NCBI GenBank assembly: GCA_031835245.2
Contig: JAVKOQ020000044.1
Coordinates: 124,001-188,000, forward strand
Source: Balamuthia mandrillaris
Lineage: Eukaryota
Reading direction: 5' to 3'
Length of the DNA: 64,000 nt
Both the position numbers and the translations under genes were made by a program. The notes beneath the pieces were generated by a model, which worked only from the letters and a program-made list of their open reading frames with translations, did no database searches and was not told the origin of the DNA. Shown piece after piece: positions 52,873 through 64,000 of this stretch (position 1 is the stretch's first letter; each line of letters begins with the position of its first letter).

Positions 52873-55069
52873 ATGGGAGGAAGCTTGTCGCGCAAGGCTC
52901 TTGGGCAAATAGAGCTCTCCAAGAAGACGGGCGGCACCGAGTTGAATCTATGCGACTGTGGGATACAAAAGCTGGCGGGGTTCAACCGCATTGTGAAGCT
53001 GAAGCTGCTGGTTAAACTGGACCTCTCCAGGAACTACCTGCAAAACGTTCCCTCCAAAATACAGCGGCTGGTCAACCTCGAGGAATTGGTGTTGAGCTTC
53101 AACGAGATACAAAAGCTTCCAAGCGAGCTGTGCTCTTTGAAAAACCTGCGGGTGCTCTTTCTCGACAGCAATAACCTGACTGAGCTTCCCGAGAGCATTG
53201 GCAACCTCTCCGCTACCCTCCAAGTGCTCAGTATTGCAGGCAACAGGATCAAGTCCTTGCCCGCCAGCTTCCGGGAACTCAACCTCCAACATTTGGATTA
53301 TTCCTCCAATGGTCTTACCGTTCTACCTCCTCAAGTATTTGACCTCACCAGTCTAAAGCACCTCTCCTTTGCTGGCAATAAGCTAGACGTACCTGGTAAC
53401 CTCTTCTCTCTGCTCCTCTCTCTCTCTCTCTGCTCTCTCTCTCTCTCTCTCTCTCTCTGGCTCTGCGTTCCTGTTGTTTTTTTAGTGGCTTTTTTCATTT
53501 TTAACGGGCTAACTCGTATGTTTTGGGATTTGCTCGGTGGCTTGTTTGCCTCATAGATGAGATTACAAAGCTGAGCAATCTGGAAAGCTTGGACATCTCT
53601 GGCAATGATATGATGGCACTTAACCCAATTATTGGTAACCTGAGCCGGTTGCAGGTGCTAGTAATGCAGAAGAACCGATTTACACATCTCCCGGATGAAG
53701 TAGCATACCTCTCACGCCTTCGAGTGCTCAACGTGGAGAACTGCAATTTGCAGAACCTCGATAATCTAAATCTCTCTCTACTTACTGAAATGGAAGAGTT
53801 ACTCTTTTGTGATAACCAACTGGATCACTTCCCGCGTGGAGTGGGTCGTATGACTCGCTTGCGTGTATTGGACCTTTCCAGAAACCGTTTGACCAAGCTC
53901 ATTCACGAAGTTGGTTGGTTGGATCAGAGTATTCGCAAGCTTCTTGTTGGTGGCAATCAGCTATCAGCTGTACCCGGAGAGCTTTGCTTTTTAAACCCCG
54001 CAATTGAACTTGACCTCAACAACAATCCTCTGAAGGTATTTTTGTAATTATTCTCATTTTTTTTTTGTTTGTTGCTTTCTCGCCAAGTTATATCATGGAC
54101 AACGTGATGACTTGCTTTTTGCTTATTGTGTAGGCCCCATTTGTGCAGTGGTATCAAGAGGGACTCATCACTTTGATGGAAAATCTGCAACCCTTTCTTC
54201 GAGGTGTGGCGAATTCTCTCTCTCGGTCTCTCTCTCTCTCTCTCTCCATGTCGCGTACCTCCGTGCCTTGACTAACTGTTGTACGCTGTGGGTATTTTCA
54301 CAGCCTACCCTCCGTATTGCTATCCTGAAGACAGCCCGGATCTGCACTCCAGCCAAGCAGGACGCCCTTCTCAGTTTAACATTCAAGCTATCGATAAACA
54401 AAAAGCTATTCGCATCAATGGTTGGCAACTTAACATTTTCATTTTGCCAATAGGAATGGCACTAGAAAAGACTAATCCTTTTACCATGGCACATTCAGGT
54501 GGAGATGAAATCGAGGCTCATTGGAAGGGTTTTGATGCTACTGGAAATCCTCTAATCCTGAAGGGAATAACAAAGGACAACCAAGACGGCACCTACACTG
54601 TATTTTACAACTTTAAACACAGCGGCAAATTTGAGCTTCATCTTACAGAATCAGGAGAACCTATCAAAGGTAGCCCAATTGATTTTTACATGGCTTCTGG
54701 TACGCGATCTCTCTTCTCTTCTCTCTCGCCCCCTTTTTGTCTGACAAGAAGCACATAGGGCCAAGCGATCCATACCAATCCAGAGTGTCAGGTGAGGGGC
54801 TAGCTGGAGGGGTTGCAGGTCAGCCTTGTACCATACTGGTGCATGCCAGAGACCAATTTGCCAATCATCTTGACCACGAAGAAAGGGTAGAAGTGGAAGT
54901 GAAGGGGCCAAGTGGTGCCAACCCAAAGGCCTTAGTACAGTACCAAGGAGACGACGAAGGGATCTACAGTGTCTCGTTTACGGCAGGATGGCCAGGCCAA
55001 TACAGCGTTACAGTTTTCATTGAAGGACAACGCTTAGAGTGCACCCCTGTCACCATTCCAATCTCGTGA
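52873..55069 (+). CDS. Putatively N-myristoylated LRR protein with two C-terminal filamin/ABP280 Ig repeats
   Basis: Starts MGGSLS; more than 12 LRRs; DNQDGTYTVFYNFKHSGKFELHLTESGEPIKGSP and VSGEGLAGGVAGQPCTILVHARDQFAN...GIYSVSFTAGWPGQYSVTV are filamin repeats. Confidence 0.82.
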
Positions 55070-55498
55070 GCGGAATTATTTGGTATTGTCAGTTCGTTGT
55101 TGTTGTTCTCTTTATTCAAATTATTCACAGTAAAAGTTTTACACGTTCAAAGTTTGCCAGGCAAGGTGGAAGCAGGAGAAGGAATACAAAAAAAGTTGCA
55201 GCAGTGATGGTAGGTAGTATAGTGGTTGGTGGGGGGATATCCTGTTCTGCAACGCGTGCACCGTGTGAAGGAGAGGAGAAGAAGGGACTTGCCCTTGCTG
55301 AAAAAAAAAAGATGAAGGAAAAAAATTGTGGCTGAGCAAGGCAGTGCAAGGAAGGGCAGGCAGAGGGTGGGCAAGAGCGGTGGGTGTGCAGGGACAAGGT
55401 TGGAGTAGAAAGTAGCACGCATTGCATCGCAAGCTTGGAAAGGCTGAAAGAGGATCGTTTGCAAGTTGTGTAAGAAGCGAGGGGAAAAAAGAGCCATG

Positions 55499-56711
55499 CT
55501 AGAGCCGAATGACAACGGGCTTGAGTTCGTCCTGTCGCTTTCTCATGAGATACCCAAGGCGACCTTCAATTTCTTCAGGAATAGGCGCTCCTTGGGGCAC
55601 GTTGTGCAAAAGGGTCATGATCTCTTTGTCGAGCTTGCAAACAACCCTCCAAGGCCATTTCCGGTTACGTACAGCCTCCTTCCACCGCTTGCTGAGTGTA
55701 GAGGGAGGAATGCTGAGCTTTTTGGCTGCTTCCGACTGAGGCATATTGAGATACTCCGTGATGTCCACAAAGTTCTGCCCATTGGGCACCGTGACAGGGT
55801 TGATGATGCGGCGGTTGTTGTTCTGAGCGACGAGGGCATTCATGCCAGGAGACCCGCCCGAACTTGACTGTGGAGGCGAAGATACAGCGGCAGCTCCCTG
55901 AGGAGAGGATGGTGCCCCTGTTGGTAATGAGGGCTGAGGTTGAGTTTGTGATTGAGGCGGAGGCTGTTGTTGAGGTTGAGGCTGAGATAGAGGGGGTTGT
56001 GGCTGTGTTTGTGTTTGGGATTGTGGGGGCATAGGACCAGCAGAGGGTGTGTTGGAAGCACCAGGGCGGGCTTGAGGAAGGCCAGTAGGGAGGCCGCTGG
56101 GGGGGGAAGGCGGGGAACCCATTGTGGGGCTCCTGCTACCATTGCCTTGGGGAGCATCACTTGGCAGTAACCGGCCGTTATCCGTAGAGCCGCCCATACC
56201 TGAGGGATGGCTGGTTGTGGACGTTACTGTCACATCTCTGTGAGAAACCTCTGGCCCCTGTTGTGGATGGAGACCTTTCTCTTTCTCTCCTCCCAACAGA
56301 CCCATAGATGGTAGAGAGGGGAGAGAATTGAAGGAATAGCCACTCAGGGAAGGGTTGGAGCCAAAGAAGTCAAAGGGAATTTGGGCTGCAGGGCTTTTTG
56401 AGCTCCGGCTGCCTGAGGAGGGAGAGATGTCCGCATCCGTTCGGCTTCCCCTTCGATTGCTTGATCTGGGTGAGGTAGCGCCGTTGCTGGTGTTTAAAGC
56501 ATTCTGCAAGGTTTTTTTGTGAGAAAAGATTGAAAAAGAAAACGGTCATAAAAAGGGCGGTGGTGGGGGAGGTTTTGAGAAACATGATAGAAGCCCAAAA
56601 AAAAAACTAACAAACCTGTTGGGCTTTGTTGGAAGTTGGAGAAGAGTGAGAGGATTTTCGCTTCTTTTGCGCTTGAGAGGAGGGAGGAGCAGGAGAGCTG
56701 CTATTTGACAT
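55499..56711 (-). CDS. RWP-RK domain transcription factor
   Basis: ITEYLNMPQSEAAKKLSIPPSTLSKRWKEAVRNRKWPWRVVCKLD; S/P/Q-rich N-terminus; inferred first exon MSNSSSPAPPSSQAQKKRKSS from ATG 56711. Confidence 0.8.
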
Positions 56712-57282
56712 TTTCAACTGGGCGGTGTGTACAACCGGACAAAAAGAAGTATCTGAAAGAAGGGGAGGCTGGGTTTCGTTGTGGTAGTTTCTATCTGTTT
56801 TCTGGTTTTTTCTGTTGGTTTTTGTGGGACAGAACAGAGGGAAAAACGAAAACAGAAAGACAAGTACTTATTGGCAGTACGCGCAAGTTGGAAAGGGGAA
56901 CAACCAACTAGAAAGCAGGAGGGCAGAAGCACCAAAAAAAAAAAAAAAAGAAAGAGAGGGGAAAGAGGGGGAAGTGGTTTGAACGAGGCAGCAAAAACAG
57001 CACCGACTGTTGTTAACTGTTGTTTGTGCTGTTTTGACAGACTAGTCTGAGCAACGCACCCGAAGGCTCCACGGATTTTCCACAGAATCTTTTGCGAACC
57101 CTCGAATCATTTGTCCGTTGTCGACCAATTGCATTTCTGCCTGCAAAACTCCGGGAATTCCAGGGGGAGAAGACGGAATGTACGAAGAAAAAGGTTAGAA
57201 AAAAGGCAAAAGGTATCATTTGATTTTTTCCCATCACATACTTACCATATTTAGAAAAAGTTAGCCGGTAGGACCCCTTTTG

Positions 57283-59984
57283 TCAGTTAAGTTTGGTTTG
57301 GTGGAGATGGGCCATGAACAGGCGCGCCGTTTCCGCGGTGTCTTCTTGCTCTGCCTCGTTGGCTTGTTGCAAACCCTCCATGACTGACACCATTTGTTCC
57401 AAACGATGCTGTAGAAGGTGTCGATACACGTCGCTGTGCAGGAGAGATAGCAAAACTTGCAGATGTGCATTGCGTACCTTTTGCATGAGGAGGGATAGGT
57501 CAACAGATAGATACTCGACTAACTTGCTAAGTTCTCACTTCACAAGCACGTACCACGGAGTCCTCCAAATTGGCCAGATTGCGAAGCAGAATTTCCTGCA
57601 ATACCTTGATATCGTTGTCGAAAAAAAAGGAACGTGAAGCATTATCGGTGCATTGGATTAGGTCCTTTAGTAACTTAAGTACAAAAGGAGAGAGGCTCTG
57701 GTTTTTTGCTGTGGATGTGTTGGCATCGTAAGAAAGAGCATTAGAAATGTGCTCAACTTTTTTGTTAGTCGTAGGAGAGACAATGAGGTACTGTGCCAAT
57801 TTAGCGCGCTGATGAGCCTGGGGCCTAACTCTTGGCTTTTGCGCACAGCAAAGAGCCTCGCTACTACTCTGTTGGCATTGTTTTTGCTGTCGGTTTGGGC
57901 GTCATCACCCCCGAATTGCCAGTTAACTTTCAACTTCAACCACGTTCGCAACATTCAGGCCAATGCATACAGTAGAAGAATGTGTTTAGCGGTGGGTGCT
58001 GCAAGGGTAAAAGTGGAGGTACTTACCAACGTCCTAAAAGCGGCCTCGCTAGTTTGTATGGCTTGGTCAGTGTCGGGTGGTTCCAGCGCCAAGCCTATCA
58101 AAAAGTTGACTAAATTGGCGCCAAGCTTGTCTTTTTTTTTTGAAGCATAAAAAAGCGGAAACAAAAAGCAGGTAAGATAAGGGAAGCCATCAAATGGCAC
58201 GTATAGCAGCGTCATTGTAATAACACGTACCTTTGATGTTAGTAGGCAATGGTTTCTCACAAATGTTACCAAGCATTGTCAAGCAAAGAGCAAGCATTTC
58301 TGCATCGCCAGAAACTAGTGATACCAATAATTCAGATGAGTAAGCAGCATATTGAAAATAATAAATAAATAAAAGCACCGCTTATGGATCAGAAACAAAA
58401 ACAAAAAGAGATGGTAAAGGTAACCTCTATAGGCACGCAAGTCCCTGTAAACCCAAACAGTCAGGGCATCCTCATCCACCAACAGAGAATAGAGGGAGGG
58501 TAAGTGTTCCCCTGCTACGAAAAACACTTTCAGTAGGAGCATGCGTTTGTCTCGTTCCGTGGGCTGTCATATGAACAACAAAAAAGTGAAAATAACAGTC
58601 GAAACACCTCAAAAGGGTTGGGTCACAACCAACCTTGGAATTCTTGAGGGCGCGGTGCATGGCCCTCACCATCCAAAAGTCATCTTCTGTCATCATCTGG
58701 ATAACATCTTCCCAATGCGGACCTAAACGCCACACACAAGAAGAGAAGAGAAGAGAAGAGAAGAGAAGAGAAGAGAAGAGAAGAGAAGAGAAGAGAAGAG
58801 AAGAGAAGAGAAGAGAAGAGAAGAGAAGAGAAGAGAAAGAGAAGAGAAGAGAAAGAGAAGAGAAGAAGAGAAGAAGAGAAGAAGAGAAGAGAAGAGAAGA
58901 GAAGAGAAGAGAAAGAAGAGAAGAGAACGATGAAGAGAAAGAGAAAGAAGAGAGCGATGAAGAGAACGATGAAGAGAACGATGAAGAGAAGAAGAGAAGA
59001 AGAAGAAGAAGAGAAGAAGAGAAGAGAAGAGAAGAGAAGAAAGAAGAGAAGAAAGAAGAGAAGAGAAGAGAAAGAGAAGAAGAGAACATGAAGAACGATG
59101 AAGAGAACGATGAAGAGAACGATGAAGAGAAAGAGAACGAAGAGAACGATAGAAGAGAAGAGAGAAGAAAGAAGAGAAGAAAGAGAAAGAGAAAGAGAAG
59201 AGAAGAGAAGAGAAGAGAAGAGAAGAGAAGAGAAGAGAAGAGAAGAGAAGAGAAGAGAACGATGAAGAGAACGATGAAGAGAACGATGAAGAGAACGATG
59301 AAGAGAACGATGAAGAGATGAGAACGATGAAGCGAAGATACCGATGAAAAGAAGCAGAGAAGAGGCATAACAGTCAGGTAAGCACAACAGCAAGGAAGGA
59401 GAAAAGTAACCTGTTAAAGCTTCTATCATGGCTGAAAGACTTTCAGCAGCTACCACCTGAGCGTCTTCTTGCGACAACTCCTCCTCCTTGTCTTGTTTTG
59501 AGTCTTCTTCATGAGCATCATTCAGCGTCATCGCTTGCGTTGCTTTCGGTAGGTGCTCCTCTTGTTCCGCTAGGAGTAGGTCCTCCACGTCATCGGGGGT
59601 GCCTTGCGTAACCTCTTTCAGCAGTTCCAACTTTACCTGCCCTGTGAGCGACGGACTATCCGGTGGGCTGGCGCCAGGCGGCGGCTGCTGCAGCCGAGCA
59701 AGGGCTTGGGCGAGCAGTTGCTTGACGTGGTGCAGCTCCATTTGCAAGTCCTGCACCTGCCTCTCCAAACCTGTCACACGGTTGGTCAGGCCCTCCACCA
59801 AGCCCTGCAGCTCCTCCTGAGGCGCAGAGGAGCATGTTGAGGATGCTGAGGATGGGGTGAGGGCGGCAGTGACGGTGGGGCTTTGATGAGCAGCGAACGT
59901 CTCCTCTGCCATAAGGCCGCGTGCCCTTCCTCCTCCTGCTCCTTCTCCACCGCAGTGCTTTTGCTCTTCTGGCCGTCGTCTCAT
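57283..59984 (-). CDS. SPIN90/NCKIPSD/Dip1/Ldb17-like Arp2/3 activator (ARM-like C-terminal domain); start at 59984 or 59912
   Basis: LKLLKDLI...SFFFDNDIKVLQEILLRNLANL, LLLYALAKVNWQF-like segment, ELGPRLISALN; N-terminal coiled coil. Confidence 0.7.
58739..59365. repeat. Intronic compound satellite (GAAGA)n / (GAAGAGAACGAT)n, about 630 bp
   Basis: Direct inspection: pentamer arrays interleaved with three blocks of the 12-mer. Confidence 0.95.
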
Positions 59985-60139
59985 TTCTCGTTGGGCAATC
60001 CACGTCGTCCCGATCCCGCTGAAACCAAAAAGAAGAAAAAAAAAAAGAGAAAAGCGCAGCTCCCTTCGGCCAGCCGAAGCAGCAGAGAGGAGAGAGGGAG
60101 GGGAGCAAGTAAAAGAGAAACGCAAGGCAAGCGACAGGA

Positions 60140-61962
60140 ATGGAAGGGGTGGCCACAGACAAGAACCAACAGCCACAACAACATGGCGTGGTGCCTGCTG
60201 CTCCCGCTGGCGCCGAAGAACAAGAAGTCACTCCTTGGGACGTTAAAGCGGACAAGGACAAGGGCATTGACTACAACAAATTGATTGAGCAGTTTGGCAG
60301 CCAGCCCATCAGCGAGTCTCTGTTGGAGCGCGTGGAGAAAATAACCGGGAAGCCCGTCCACCCATGGCTGCGAAGGGGTCTCTTTTTCTCGCACAGGTAT
60401 GTCTCTACTACCACCACCGCCGCTCACTCTACCGTCTAGGAAGAAAACGCTAACGAGGTATATGCATGCCTCTTCTCTCCGCTCAGATCTTTGGAGGAAA
60501 TCCTTTCTCTGGCTGAAGCTGGTAAGCCATTTTACCTTTATACCGGCAGAGGGCCTTCCTCCGAGGCCTTGCACTTGGGCCACATGATCCCCTTTCTCTT
60601 CACCAAGTGAGTGCACAGCTCTTCCTTGTTGTGCCGTGCAGTTAACTTGGTTCTAATCCTCGCTCTTTCTTGCATCGTTACCGGCAGGTACCTGCAAGAC
60701 GCATTCAATGTTCCTTTGGTCATCCAGATGACTGATGACGAAAAGTTTTTGTGGAAGGACTTAACTTTGGAAGAAGCACACCGCCTCACCATCGAAAATG
60801 CCAAAGACATTATTGCTGTTGGCTTTGATCCAAGCAAAACGTTCATATTTTCCGACTTGGAATACTTGGGGTCTGGCCTTCTCTGCTTACTGTTCTCCTT
60901 GCTCTAGTTTTCGTTATTCTTCACTCTTGCCAGTTCCGTCGTCGTCTTCTTGCTTGCTCGTCTTTATGTCGTCTCTTGATTCTTCTTCTAGATTCCTCTT
61001 GGTTTGTTGACAATACTATTATCGTACAGGACAATGTATCCCAACATAGTTAAGATCCAAAAAGCAGTGACCGCAAACCAGGTCAAGGGCATCTTTGGAT
61101 TCACTGACTCGGACAACATTGGCAAATACGCCTACCCGGCCATTCAAGCTGCTCCCTCTTTTTCTAGCTCCTTTCCTCATATCTTTGGCACTAAGCAACA
61201 GTTCCCATGCCTGATTCCCTGTGCTATTGACCAGGTACGTCACAACCCATAGCCTTTTGTTTGTTTGTAACAAATTACGAAGTGAGCTACGTGATATACT
61301 AACTGCTGGCAAGGACCCCTTCTTCCGCATGACCAGAGATGTAGCTCCCAGGCTAGGCTGGTTGAAGCCTGCTGTTGTTCATTCCAAATTCTTTCCTTCC
61401 CTGCAAGGTTCGTGCAAACTCCCCTTATTAATCAGTATGGTCACTCATCACTGACTCTCCCATGCTGTTGTTGGACGCTTAAAAAAAAAGGTCCAGGCAG
61501 CAAAATGAGCGCCAGTACGCCATCATCAGCCATCTTTATGACCGACACACCGAAAGAGGTCAGCACAAAGGTTAACAAATATGCGTTTTCTGGCGGAAGA
61601 GACACGGTGGAGGAACACAGACGACTTGGTGCCAACCTGGACGTAGATGTTTCATATCAGTACCTCAACATCTTTTTGTGGGATGATGAAAAGCTGAAAC
61701 AGATTCATGACGTGCGCATCTCACCAGCTGCTGTTGTGAGAAGTGCAACTAACTCTCTCTTCTTCCAACAATGAAAACATAACAGGACTACAAAAGCGGC
61801 AAAATGCTCACCGGTGAAATCAAGAAAGAGTTAGTTCAAGTATTAACTCCCCTCATTTTAGAGCACCAAGAGGCTAGAAAGGCTATCACTGAGGAGACTG
61901 TCCGTGCCTTCATGACCCCAAGAAGGTTGCAGTTCGCTGGTTCCCAGCACATTCTTTTCTGA
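60140..61962 (+). CDS. WARS1: Tryptophanyl-tRNA synthetase, cytoplasmic type, multi-exon
   Basis: VTPWDV...[82 protein letters not shown]. Confidence 0.96.
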
Positions 61963-62638
61963 TTCCAAAACTTCAACACTTTTTTTTGCTTTATCTACTT
62001 TACCTTCTCATAGAGAGAGCAGAGAGAGCAGAGAGATGGGGGGGTAAGGACGACGCGAGAAGGATGGGCTCCTAAAACAAACGTAATTACGAGACTCGAA
62101 GAGAGAAAAAGGGCCAAAGAAAGCACCAAGACAACGCACAAAACCAGCCCCCCATTAGCTTGGCACCACCGCGTGCCCCACTACCCACCACCGCCGCCGC
62201 CGCTACCCCAAGAAGAAGAAGAAGACCCACTGAGAGCACTGCCAGATACCGTTGCCAGTTCCCTCTACCGAGCCTCCTCCACGCTACTACGCATAGTTGC
62301 TACGATCACTACTGCAACAACCAACTGGCAGAACTTTCCCCCATAACCACCACCAAGCAGTAGCCCAGCCACCAAGGAGCCCAACCAACCAACCAACCAA
62401 CAACCAGCACAGCTCTACCACAAGCAGAAACTGGGCGCAACGTGGTTTTCTCCACCCACTGCGATAATATAAAATAGTTAAGCTGGGTCCACACCAATAG
62501 TTTCTTAAATCCCATTTGAAGAGATAAACCCCCTTCCCTCTTGGCTTTTGCTTTGTGTGTTGCTTCTACTACTAGCCACAACAGTAAAAGCCAAGAAGCC
62601 AAAAACATCTGCTGTTCTCTGACAACGGGCCACATGAC

Positions 62639-64000
62639 ATGCTGAGCGCAGAGACTAGTTGCGGTGTTCGCGGTGAGGAACAGCCCTCTCCCTCTTCCTC
62701 TTCCACTTCCACTTCCTCCTCTGCACATAGCACGCAGAACAACCACCACCCCTCAGAAGGTACCATGGTGACCAACAGAGATAAGCTGAACGCTTCCACA
62801 CAACGTACAGCTCCCTATGAGCCTCCCTCTCCTTCCTCCTCGTCCTCCTCGTCCTCTTTCTCTTCTTCCACGATTGCAACAACCACAATGGCAACAAACG
62901 CCCCAGGAGCAGGAGTAGGGTCGGCACTACAAAAGAACCAGGAACCCGCAAAAGCGCCTCTTTGTACCACTACCAGTACCAACGCCACGAGGACGTCATT
63001 AGGGCTACCTCCAGCAGCTTCGTTGCCTTCCTCCTCCACCACTTCCAAAGGAGAGGAATGGCAAAGGCCGCACCCCTCCAACTACCCTTATCTCTATGAC
63101 CAAAACAGCGGCTACACTATATCCAAAGCTGGTTCTGCTTCCTCTCGCCCCCATTTTCACAACACTCGCTACGGCAGCCCCTCGGCTCAACAACAGCAGC
63201 AACAGCAAACGGGCTCTGTACCGTCATCACCCTCTTCCCCTCCGGTCAACAATATTGCTACTACCACCAACAGCTCTAACAGTACTGGCACTAGTCCACT
63301 TAGAGCAAGGACTAAACAACCCCCATCAGGACGCGAGGACCGTGACCAACCACCACCTCCTCCACTTTCTCCTAGTCAGTCGCCGCAATATCTTGTCTCT
63401 CCCTCTGTTACCGCTCCTCCTCTTGCTGGTGCTGGTGGTGCTTCCTCTGGATTTTTCTCCTCTTCTGCCTCCATCCAGAGGACCACACCACACTCGGCTC
63501 CTCCTTCTTCTCCTTCGTCAGCAACGACAACAACAGCGCCACCACATGCGCCTCCTGTCCCACGACCACCTCCCTTGCCCTATCTGACACCTGAACAGCA
63601 CGAGTTTTATTTGTACGAACGAGAAAGCCGTTGGGCTGAGGTTCCTTCTCTCTTCCTTTTTTTTTCTTTTACTCCACTTCTTCTCTTATGGTCTGCGCCA
63701 CATCCTGACCTCGGTAACACAATATGCAGCTACAAAAGTTAATTGCTTATCTACAACACTACTCCCTGAGCGAGCCTCCTAGGGTTGAGCTCTCCAAAAA
63801 GAAGTATTTTGATATCTATAACTTGGCCATACATTTGCTACACTGTGTGGAAGGACTTGACCCCGACCGTATGCGGAGGAATGAGGTATCTCTCTCGCTC
63901 TCTCTTTCTCTCTCTCTCTTTGCTGGTTGTTATCCTGTTTCTTGGGATTTTTTTGTGCATGCACTAAGTTTATTTCCTCCTGTAATGAATACCTCTTTCT
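62639..64000 (+). CDS. S/P/T-rich protein, 3'-partial; the start of a possible DUF547-like domain
   Basis: Long low-complexity exon, then a spliced exon LQKLIAYLQHYSLSEPPRVELSKKKYFDIYNLAIHLLHCVEGLDPDRMRRNE; the domain guess rests on weak similarity only. Confidence 0.45.

Noticed and set aside
58472..59368. Long ORFs (EKRRE/FSSLL repeats)
   Set aside because: Translations of an intronic satellite.

Overview
Gene-dense, intron-rich eukaryotic DNA. Short introns often carry (CT)n tracts and an RWP-RK gene is present, so an amoebozoan such as Balamuthia is inferred but not proven. About 20 host genes are readable: POT1, PLAA/DOA1, PDCD5, a small HSP, a LisH-CTLH-WD40 protein, a 7TM-like protein, a USP10-like DUB, an F-box/Ras-like GTPase fusion, a MED15-like KIX protein, SF3B2, an LRR-BTB-BTB protein, an organellar-type ArgRS, a GRAB golgin, FAHD1, AATF/BFR2, a myristoylated LRR-filamin protein, an RWP-RK factor, SPIN90/NCKIPSD and TrpRS. 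Two accessory regions stand out. (1) A 3.7-kb Mutator-like element (16813-20524; 9-bp TSD TGTTGTGGG, ~90-bp imperfect TIRs) sits in intron 1 of the F-box-GTPase gene, between branch point and acceptor, and creates a cryptic 3' splice site. (2) A ~13-kb TE island (37.4-50.3 kb) holds a Fanzor2/TnpB-like RNA-guided nuclease relic and a Ty3/Gypsy retrotransposon. Each is cut in two and the halves are reciprocally joined, as expected from a ~5.7-kb inversion. The island also has nested LTR-like inserts, a decayed P-loop/Crinkler-like gene and a CpG-deamination signature. Exon boundaries were inferred by eye; no database searches were run.
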